Shown in pieces: positions 7,554-15,102 of a stretch of DNA of 21,588 nucleotides. The notes beneath the pieces were generated by a model. The model was not told the origin of the DNA. It did no database searches and saw only the letters and a program-made list of their open reading frames with translations. Position 1 is the stretch's first letter, and the number at the start of each line of letters is the position of its first letter. The stretch is from Fibrobacterota bacterium (GTDB lineage Bacteria > Fibrobacterota > Fibrobacteria > UBA11236): assembly GCA_043753995.1 (NCBI GenBank), contig JAYUVP010000253.1, positions 1 through 21,588 of the forward strand, written 5' to 3'. The position numbers were made by a program, and so were the translations under genes.

Positions 7554-8816
7554 ATGACGACTTTCCGAAAAGTTTTTTCCTCTTTGCTGCTCCTGGCTGG
7601 CTTGGCTATGCACGCCGAGGCGCGCCGTGCCGCGAATCAATGCCCCGAAGTGACTGCGGGTCCAGGGACGATGCAAATGGATGTGGTGCCGGTATTGAAA
7701 TACACCGTCACCCATTTTGATGCCAGTTGGTTTGATACTCGGGAGCCTGAAAAATCCCCGACGCTTTTCTTTTTGCGTCTCGATCCGAGCCTTTTGCCCT
7801 TGGCGGGCCAGCTGCGTTTGCGGGTGCAAGTGGTGGCGGACACCTCCTTGGGTCGATCCAATTCTACCAGCGATCGCATGATTGCCTTGGATCGCGTGAC
7901 CCAGCCTTTGGAGGCTTCCAGCATAGGGGTGCAACTACGCTCCAATGATGTTTTTGCCTTGTCCTTCGAGGCAGGTGGTACGCCCTTTGAGGAAAGTGAT
8001 TTTTTCCGATATGTCGCGGAACACCGCATTGTGCCGGAAATGAATTTGAGCTTCAAGTTCGCCCTAACTTGCGAGAATGATGCCATTGTCCTGAGAAACG
8101 CCATTTATAACCTGGAAGTGCGGTCTATAGACGGAGTGAGCCCCAGCCGCTTGCGTCAAGTGCGCACGGTGCGAGCCTTGAGTCCTGGAAATGATCTGAA
8201 TAGCCTCAAGGCCGCCTCGATTTACACCCTGACGCCGACCTTTCGTATCGCTTCGGAATTGTTCAACAATCAAGAATTCACGTATCCGACGGGGGAAGCG
8301 AAAATGGAAATTTTCCTTTACCAGGTGGACCCGGGGGAAAGCCCCAAGGATGCGCTCGACGGGATGGAATTCGCCAAGTTTCCTGTCTATGACGAAAACC
8401 CCGTAATCTATCCTCCTGGCCAGCCCCTCCTGGAGCCAGGACGCACCTATGCCTGGCGGGCACGTGCAAATTTGCGCGGTCCAACCTTGGAACATTTATG
8501 GTCGAATACCCTGGCCTTCAAGGTCGATGCCCTTTTGGGCGGTGGTTCGCCGGAAGTGCCGCATACCATTGGCGACTTGAGGAATTTTGCTAACCAGGTC
8601 AAATATGGGGACGACTATACCAAGCGCGTTTTGGCTGCATTGAAAATCATACTGGCTGAGAATTATGAAATCTTTGATTTGAGCCGGGCCGAAAAAATCC
8701 CCTCGAAAGGTTTACTGCGCTTGAATGGCCAGCCGGTCACTCTAGAAGAGTTGGAACGATTGGCCCAAGAATTTCATCACTCCCGCCATTTGCTGACGCG
8801 CATGAGGTTTCAATGA
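7554..8816 (+). CDS. Secreted hypothetical protein with an Fn3/Ig-like segment (about 420 aa)
   Basis: Signal peptide (RKVFSSLLLLAGLAMHAEA). YPPGQPLLEPGRTYAWRARA resembles the Fn3 tyrosine-corner motif LxPGxxY. AGGGG lies 8 nt upstream of ATG 7554 (alternative GTG 7545). The stop overlaps the next ATG. Confidence 0.75.
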   Translation: MTTFRKVFSSLLLLAGLAMHAEARRAANQCPEVTAGPGTMQMDVVPVLKYTVTHFDASWFDTREPEKSPTLFFLRLDPSLLPLAGQLRLRVQVVADTSLGRSNSTSDRMIALDRVTQPLEASSIGVQLRSNDVFALSFEAGGTPFEESDFFRYVAEHRIVPEMNLSFKFALTCENDAIVLRNAIYNLEVRSIDGVSPSRLRQVRTVRALSPGNDLNSLKAASIYTLTPTFRIASELFNNQEFTYPTGEAKMEIFLYQVDPGESPKDALDGMEFAKFPVYDENPVIYPPGQPLLEPGRTYAWRARANLRGPTLEHLWSNTLAFKVDALLGGGSPEVPHTIGDLRNFANQVKYGDDYTKRVLAALKIILAENYEIFDLSRAEKIPSKGLLRLNGQPVTLEELERLAQEFHHSRHLLTRMRFQ

Positions 8817-9505
8817 AAGCCTATCGGAATTTTTCCCATTGCCTAATTCAGGTTTTGGGGTTGGTATTCGGGCTGACTTTTTCCGCAACATGGGCCGCGG
8901 CGCCGATGGCCGTGGTGAAATCCGTGGCCGGTCAGGTTCGCAGCAGCGTGACTTCAGGGACAACTCAAGATCTCAAGTCAGCCGATATTTTGCCTAGTGG
9001 TAGCATGGTCGAAACCGGCGCCGACAGCAAGGCGAACTTTCGTTTGCAAACCGACCAAAGTAGCGTGGATATGCGTTCTAAGACCGGTGTGAAATTGAAA
9101 CTGGTGCGGCGCGATGGCAAGGTTATACGCAAAATCGTGCTTGATCGTGGCAGCATTGCGGTGAATTTTAAGCGTAAGGGGCAGGGTGGTATCGTCGAAA
9201 ATGCGCAAACCGTGGCGCAAATGAAATCTGCGCGATTTGCCTTCACCTCCGATGAACAAGCCGTCGCCACCATCATCGTTCTCGATGGCGAAATGACCGT
9301 AATCAATCGCCCTAAAGACCAAACCGCCTTGGTGCATGGCGGCCAAAAGGCCGTATCCGATTTGAATGGCATCAAGGTGACGGACGCCACCGAAAGTGAA
9401 TTAGAAGCTGTCGGCATGCGCGAGAATAACTTGGAAATCGATTTTCAAAATCCCGAAACCGATGAAGTCTCCACCTTGGAAATCGATTATGAAACCCATT
9501 ATTGA
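8813..9505 (+). CDS. Exported FecR-domain protein (230 aa)
   Basis: Signal peptide ending ATWA. FecR-like beta motifs VVKSVAGQV, VETGADSKANF, LDRGSI, IIVLDGEMTV and VHGGQKAV. ATGA overlap with the upstream gene. Confidence 0.8.
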   Translation: MKAYRNFSHCLIQVLGLVFGLTFSATWAAAPMAVVKSVAGQVRSSVTSGTTQDLKSADILPSGSMVETGADSKANFRLQTDQSSVDMRSKTGVKLKLVRRDGKVIRKIVLDRGSIAVNFKRKGQGGIVENAQTVAQMKSARFAFTSDEQAVATIIVLDGEMTVINRPKDQTALVHGGQKAVSDLNGIKVTDATESELEAVGMRENNLEIDFQNPETDEVSTLEIDYETHY

Positions 9506-9515
9506 GGGGCCATCC

Positions 9516-11891
9516 ATGATTCTGGGTTTGCGTCGGCTGGGCATTCGCTTGTCCGCATTGGCTCTTTTTATGAGCGTGACGGTTTTCGCTTCGCCCATTT
9601 TGGCACAAACCGCCGAGGAAGAGGACGAAGAAGAAAGCCCCGCGGCCACAACTCAGCCTGCAAATCCGGCGCCTGCGGCACAGGTGGCGGCACCGACGGC
9701 TTTGCCCGAATCTTCTGCGACAACGAGTGCTATGCAAAGGCTTCGCTCTCAGGATAGCGCCGAGGCGGCTGAGGAAGAAGAGGAAGATCTTGAGGTATCA
9801 GAAAAGGCCTCCAGCCTCGACTTTTTACTGCCCATGGACGGGGATATTTTTTACACCGGCGATGTGCAGATTCTCGTAAATGTCATGGGCATGGAGCCCA
9901 CCGGTTTGGTTTTGGTTTTAGATGGCTACAACTACGATCAACCGCTCACTCTAGAAGCGGGACTCATTCGCACCAGTCTAAAAGGCATGCATAATGGTGC
10001 GCATGATTTGAAGTTGTTATTGCTTGATGGACAAAACCGCATCCTCGCCCAAGGCCTGGTCCGTTTTTTCGTGCGCGTGCCAGAGCCGAAAAAAGTCGAG
10101 CATACTGGCCCGGTGCGTCAATTTGGTCGCGTTGCCGGACGGGCCGATTTGAAAGGCGCGGAGGCCCGCAATCGAGTGAAAAGTATTTCCAAATTGAGTT
10201 TTAATGACAATGGCGACTTGGTCGCCGGCAAGGCCGAAAAACCTTTGGCCCAGCAGGTGGATGGCGCCGTGGAAGCAGCTTATAATCTAAAGGTTTATGA
10301 CTGGGAAACGCATGCCAAGGTTTTGCTGCGTACCGATGAAGACGAATACCGCCAGCCTTCGCATCGCTTTTCGGCGCGCGTCAAATATGGTCAACATGGC
10401 TATGTCCGGGGTGGCGATGTCTATCCCGCCTTCAATGACTTATTGCTCAATGGCGCCCGCCTGCGTGGTGGGGAAGCAGGTTTGGCCATTATTGCTAAAG
10501 ACATCAACTGGGCCTCGCTCAAGGTGGCTCGCGGTGAAAGTCGTCGCGAAATTCCCGCCCATATCGCGGTCTATGATACGGGTAAGGGTTTTCGATCCGA
10601 CACGGTATCCGGTGACTTCGGCCAAACCCTTTCGGCTGTTCGCTTGGGCTTCGGAGGTGGGCCGACTTTCAATTTGGGGTTTACGGGAATGATGGCGGAG
10701 GACCGCGTCGGTTCGCAAAATAATTTGGACATTGCCGACACCTTGCATGGCACCCGGCCCTTGCAAAATGCCGGTGCTGGTATTGATTTGCGCATTGGCC
10801 TTTGGGATGGGCGCATTCAAATTTTTCACGATGCGGCCTTTACCTTGCTTACGCGCGATAAAAGCCTGGGACCTACCGACGGCGAAAAAATCGATTTGGA
10901 TTTCAATCCCATGGATTACGATGATTTATTCGTCGTCAATCCCACCACCGATGGCCTGGAATACCTACTCGCTAATTCCCAAAATGAATTGGATGTGGCT
11001 GGCTTTGTCGATGCCAATTCGGCCTGGGATGTCGGCATCAGCGCTTCCATTCCACTCAGCGGCATGGTCACCGAAAGTGAAGTGCGTTATGATCATATGG
11101 GCTTGCTCTATCACACGGAGGGCAATCCCTTTTTAGGCAATGATCCAGGCAATGGCATTCGCTTCCTGCAAAAGCTTTTGCTCTTCGACAATCGCCTGTC
11201 CTTGGGCCTAGAGGCCGGCGCCTTTAATCAGGACATGGGATTTAGCGAACAACAGGAAAGGTCCTACAAAGCTGAAATCCGTTGGACGCCAGCCGTAGGC
11301 CAGCCCTCCGGTTGGCTGAGTGTCGGTAGCACCGAAAGAGCACCCAAGGGTGATTATCCCTATCAATATCACAGTGGCTACTCCACTCTGAATCTCGGCG
11401 GATTTCAACAATTCATTCTGCCTATTGGAAAGTTGCATACCTCGACTCTCTATGGTTTTACCCATAGCGATTTCGAGCTGACGGCAACGCCGATACAAGA
11501 CACCTTGCTTGGCAGCATAGACAGCTTGATCAACTTTCCTGCCACCAATACCCATATTGCCAATATCAGTTTTCAATTGCGTCCACGCGCCATCGATTTC
11601 ATGCCTCGCATCGCCTATACCTTCGCCTACAATGGCGTACAAGAGCCGACTCACAATGTGGCCATGGGTTTTCAGCAATTGCTTTTGGCCGGTAGGGTGA
11701 AGGGGGATGTCAGTTTACAAATTGGGCAGTATCCGGAATCCATAGACAAAAACGACATCATGGCAGGCGAAACCTTTACCCTGGATGTGCGGATCACCGC
11801 CACCCAGACGGCCCGTTTCGTCGAGAAATGGATTCAGTATGGAGAGCGAAAGAATGTCAGCGTGGGCGGATTTTACGAGTTGTATTTCTAA
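9516..11891 (+). CDS. Probable outer-membrane beta-barrel protein of unknown function (about 791 aa)
   Basis: Signal peptide, an acidic/Pro-Ala-Thr linker, a small beta-rich domain, then many amphipathic strands (RLSLGLEAG, YKAEIRWTP, TLNLGGFQQF, ANISFQLRP). Ends in a BAM-type aromatic signal (VSVGGFYELYF). SD GAGGGG lies 6 nt before ATG 9516. Confidence 0.72.
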   Translation: MILGLRRLGIRLSALALFMSVTVFASPILAQTAEEEDEEESPAATTQPANPAPAAQVAAPTALPESSATTSAMQRLRSQDSAEAAEEEEEDLEVSEKASSLDFLLPMDGDIFYTGDVQILVNVMGMEPTGLVLVLDGYNYDQPLTLEAGLIRTSLKGMHNGAHDLKLLLLDGQNRILAQGLVRFFVRVPEPKKVEHTGPVRQFGRVAGRADLKGAEARNRVKSISKLSFNDNGDLVAGKAEKPLAQQVDGAVEAAYNLKVYDWETHAKVLLRTDEDEYRQPSHRFSARVKYGQHGYVRGGDVYPAFNDLLLNGARLRGGEAGLAIIAKDINWASLKVARGESRREIPAHIAVYDTGKGFRSDTVSGDFGQTLSAVRLGFGGGPTFNLGFTGMMAEDRVGSQNNLDIADTLHGTRPLQNAGAGIDLRIGLWDGRIQIFHDAAFTLLTRDKSLGPTDGEKIDLDFNPMDYDDLFVVNPTTDGLEYLLANSQNELDVAGFVDANSAWDVGISASIPLSGMVTESEVRYDHMGLLYHTEGNPFLGNDPGNGIRFLQKLLLFDNRLSLGLEAGAFNQDMGFSEQQERSYKAEIRWTPAVGQPSGWLSVGSTERAPKGDYPYQYHSGYSTLNLGGFQQFILPIGKLHTSTLYGFTHSDFELTATPIQDTLLGSIDSLINFPATNTHIANISFQLRPRAIDFMPRIAYTFAYNGVQEPTHNVAMGFQQLLLAGRVKGDVSLQIGQYPESIDKNDIMAGETFTLDVRITATQTARFVEKWIQYGERKNVSVGGFYELYF

Positions 11892-11921
11892 AGAACAACT
11901 CGTAGGCCCGAGGGTAGCGGA

Positions 11922-12464
11922 TTAAAGTTTTGGCACCCAAAAGCCAAGTACCACGCTGCCTATAGCCTTGCCTTTGTCAAGCACCGGAAAGCTTCCCTGA
12001 ATCTGCATTTGCTGGGTGCTTTGGTCGAGCTCAAGATCGCCCATCCATTTTTTACCAAGCATGGGTTGGTCATGCTTGGGCTTGCCTTTATGGATAAAGC
12101 TTGTGGTTTTTGTAAAAAGGGCGACTTTACGGCCTTCGGCATCGGAAATGAAAACCTCGATGACAGTATGATGCACTTTCCCGCGCAAATATTGTGTCAA
12201 TGCATTGTGTGACACGGCCTTTACCTCCGGGCTTTCGGCGGTCAGGGCCTTCCATTTCTCATTATTGATTCCGACCAAGATGTCCGGCAGTTTGGCGTTT
12301 TGTGCCTTAACCGCTTCAATCACCTTGGGGTCTTTGCCCAGTACGGCCATGGAGTCCAGCAAGGTTTCCACCTTGGTTTTTTGCGCTGGGCTCAATTCAT
12401 TCGAGAATGCCAGGCTCACCGAAAAAAGAAAAAATGTGGCTAACCCATAGTGTAAGCTTTTCAT
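11922..12464 (-). CDS. Stand-alone periplasmic Cache/PDC-like sensor-domain protein (about 180 aa)
   Basis: Signal peptide (FFLFSVSLAFS). Cache-like motifs EVFISDAEGRKVA, ELDQST and FPVLDKGKAIGSVVLGF. No second transmembrane helix or output domain. SD AAGGAG lies 7 nt before ATG 12464 (alternative 12467). Confidence 0.7.
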   Translation of the reverse strand: MKSLHYGLATFFLFSVSLAFSNELSPAQKTKVETLLDSMAVLGKDPKVIEAVKAQNAKLPDILVGINNEKWKALTAESPEVKAVSHNALTQYLRGKVHHTVIEVFISDAEGRKVALFTKTTSFIHKGKPKHDQPMLGKKWMGDLELDQSTQQMQIQGSFPVLDKGKAIGSVVLGFWVPKL

Positions 12465-12556
12465 CATCCATCTCCTTCCCGAAATTTGTATCACATTTCG
12501 ATGTCTCGGGATTCGATGGTATTACCCGCCCTAATTAAAATCAAGAGGCGCGCAAT

Positions 12557-13693
12557 TTAGAGCTCTTTTAGAGCCCCTTTTCGAGCGGGATCAAAAGCTT
12601 CGATATCCATCAAAGGTTTACGGCCCAATAAGACTTGGGACATGCATTTCCCTGCAAGAGGGGCCATGCTGACGCCGCATTTATAATGTCCCGAGCAAAT
12701 CCACGCTCCTTTGCGATGAGGGATGGCGCCCATCAATGGAAGACGATCGCGGGTGCGCGGACGCAAGCCCGACCAGGATTCCAAAGGCTGAAAGGGAATT
12801 CCGGGAAGCAAGGCCTTAAGTCGCTCGGACAAGGTGGTTTCCCCTTGGGCATTAAAGGCTTCATCCCAGACTCCGGGCTCGGTGGTGGCCCCAACTATCA
12901 TGTCTTCGCCCCGGGGAATCAAATAAAGGCCCTCGCCTACATGCACCATGGCCGTTTCCCGCCAGGGGCGGTGCAGCCGGGCAACCTGGCCTTTTACGGG
13001 GACCAGGCTGCTTTGCCAGCCCAACGCTGCAAGCCAGGTTTGGCTCCAAGAGCCCGAGGTGATGAGGAATTGATCGGCATCGACGATTTCCTGGTTCACT
13101 TGGATTTTCCAGGGAATGGCCTTTTCTTGATTGCGGCCTTCCGGAATCAAATGCGAATCGGCTTGAACTACCGTCACGCCCAAGTGACGGCATGCCTTTT
13201 CCAAGGCCGCTAAAAGAAGTCGATTCTGCACATAACTTTCCTGTTCGAAATACAAGGCCTTAAACCTTCCCTGGCGCGCGAAGGGTTTGAGAAAGGCAGG
13301 CAAGTCATCGCTTTCCTCCCAAGGCAAGGCCTCTTCGCGTTGCAATTGGGCGCATTTCTCGTGATAAGCTTTTTCCCCTTCGGCTGTGTCGATATCGAAG
13401 AGAAGGTGATCGCCGCCGCGAGTCAAAGGCACGGCAGTATCGGCGTCGGCGCGAAGACCTTCCAACCAGGCGGGATAGCTGGCTATCGATTGCAAATAAA
13501 AGCGGCGAAAGGCAGAAAGCGGTTTTCTGCCGCCGCGCGTCACTAAAATTCCGGCGGCTGCCCACGAGGCTTTTTGTCCTACTGGATTCGTATCTGCGAC
13601 CAGCACCTTGGCGCCCGCGCGGGCCAATTCCAAGGCGCAGCTGAGACCCATAATGCCGCCCCCGGCGACAAAGACATCGCAATTTTTAACCAT
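12557..13693 (-). CDS. FAD-dependent oxidoreductase, glycine oxidase ThiO / D-amino acid oxidase family
   Basis: Rossmann VAGGGIMGLSCA, ASWAAAGIL, GSWS, PVKGQV, YLIPR, VGATTE, WSGLRP and GHYKCGV. Start placed at ATG 13693. No thiS/thiG nearby, so no symbol is assigned. Confidence 0.88.
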   Translation of the reverse strand: MVKNCDVFVAGGGIMGLSCALELARAGAKVLVADTNPVGQKASWAAAGILVTRGGRKPLSAFRRFYLQSIASYPAWLEGLRADADTAVPLTRGGDHLLFDIDTAEGEKAYHEKCAQLQREEALPWEESDDLPAFLKPFARQGRFKALYFEQESYVQNRLLLAALEKACRHLGVTVVQADSHLIPEGRNQEKAIPWKIQVNQEIVDADQFLITSGSWSQTWLAALGWQSSLVPVKGQVARLHRPWRETAMVHVGEGLYLIPRGEDMIVGATTEPGVWDEAFNAQGETTLSERLKALLPGIPFQPLESWSGLRPRTRDRLPLMGAIPHRKGAWICSGHYKCGVSMAPLAGKCMSQVLLGRKPLMDIEAFDPARKGALKEL

Positions 13694-13698
13694 GGAAT

Positions 13699-15102
13699 TT
13701 AGGACTTCCAACCTTTAGCCATTTCGGCGAAGAGATGGATTTGCCCTCGCACGGCCTTATGAAAATCACCGAGATGCAAAGACTCGTTTTCCGAATGCGC
13801 ATTGGTATAGGGATCTTCGACGCCGACCAGCAGGGCGGGAATTTCTCCCAAGGCCTGGGTGAAGGATTCCACGAAAGGAATGGTGCCGCCACAACCAATA
13901 CAAACGGCATCGCGGCCATAGCCTGCGGCCAAGGCCTTTTTCGCAATGGCAAAGGCGGGATGATTGGGCTGGGTCATCCAGGGATTGGCGCCTTGCTCCG
14001 GCTCGACGGTCAATTGCAAGCCCCAGGGGCAAAGCGATTTCAAATGCTTCAAGAAAAGCTCGGTGGCCTCGGCATGCTTCAAGTCGGGAACGAGGCGCAG
14101 GCCCACGCGTGCCCAGGCACTATCCAAAACCACATTGCCGGTTTGCCCCTTGAGCCCCGCTTGTATGGAATTCACTACGAGGGACGGTTCGCGCCACATT
14201 TTGACCAGCAAGCCTTCGTCTTTGGCGAAGAGTTCGGCATTGGGTAATAAGCCGCTTTGCTCGCGAAAGATGGCATCTGTCATTTGCAGGGAACGGTAAT
14301 CGGCAAGTTCCTCTGGGGTAGGGGGGCGCACCTTTTCCCAAATGCCGGGAATGGCGACGCGACCCTGGTCATCGGTCAATTGCGCCAGCATTTTGCACAA
14401 GGCCGTCACGGGATCGGGTATAGGCCCGCCCCACATACCGCTGTGCAAAGGATGATCCAAAGCCGCCAAGGTGATGTCGAAGCTGACTAGGCCGCGCAAG
14501 GACGTCGTGAGGCTAGGTATGCCCGTGTCATAATTACTGCAATCCGTAAGTACCATCACATCGGCGCGCAATTTGTTTTTGTGCAGGGTCAAAAAATCAG
14601 CGAGGTGAACGCTGCCGATTTCTTCTTCGCCTTCAATGAGCACCTTCACATTGACGGGTAAGCTGCCTTGGGTTTTGAAATAAGCGGCCAAGCTGGCCAC
14701 ATGAATCATTACCCCGGCCTTGTCGTCGGCAATGCCGCGCGCATAGAGGCGATCCCCGCGCTGGGTGGCGGTGAAGACGGGTGATTTCCACAGGGCTTCG
14801 CGCATGGGCGGCTGCACATCATGGTGCGCATAGAGCAATACCGTGGGGGCACCGGGAGCACCCAACCACTCCCCGTAGACATAGGGGTGAACGCCGGGTA
14901 AGGTGAGCAATTCGACATGGGGCAAACCGGCCTCACGCAAAAGCTTGGCGGTATACTCGGCGGATCGCACCACCTCGGCGGGGTCAAAATCGGGAAAGCT
15001 AATGCTGGGGATGGCCGTAAGGGCCTTCAGCGCTTCGACATGGGCTTCGGCATTTTGTTCATAGTGGCTTAGTGCCGCCTGCAAGGAATCCTGCGCGTTC
15101 AT
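13699..15102 (-). CDS. M20 family metallo-dipeptidase (CNDP/Dug1-like subgroup), about 467 aa
   Basis: LLYAHHDVQP, LYARGIADDKAG, IEGEEEIGS, HSGMWGG, GGTIPF and NAHSENE motifs. ATG 15102 overlaps the upstream TGA (ATGA). Confidence 0.93.
   Translation of the reverse strand: MNAQDSLQAALSHYEQNAEAHVEALKALTAIPSISFPDFDPAEVVRSAEYTAKLLREAGLPHVELLTLPGVHPYVYGEWLGAPGAPTVLLYAHHDVQPPMREALWKSPVFTATQRGDRLYARGIADDKAGVMIHVASLAAYFKTQGSLPVNVKVLIEGEEEIGSVHLADFLTLHKNKLRADVMVLTDCSNYDTGIPSLTTSLRGLVSFDITLAALDHPLHSGMWGGPIPDPVTALCKMLAQLTDDQGRVAIPGIWEKVRPPTPEELADYRSLQMTDAIFREQSGLLPNAELFAKDEGLLVKMWREPSLVVNSIQAGLKGQTGNVVLDSAWARVGLRLVPDLKHAEATELFLKHLKSLCPWGLQLTVEPEQGANPWMTQPNHPAFAIAKKALAAGYGRDAVCIGCGGTIPFVESFTQALGEIPALLVGVEDPYTNAHSENESLHLGDFHKAVRGQIHLFAEMAKGWKS

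Noticed and set aside
8813..11891. Classical fecIR / TonB-dependent receptor iron-signalling locus
   Set aside because: No ECF sigma gene, no anti-sigma domain, and no TonB box or plug motifs recognised.
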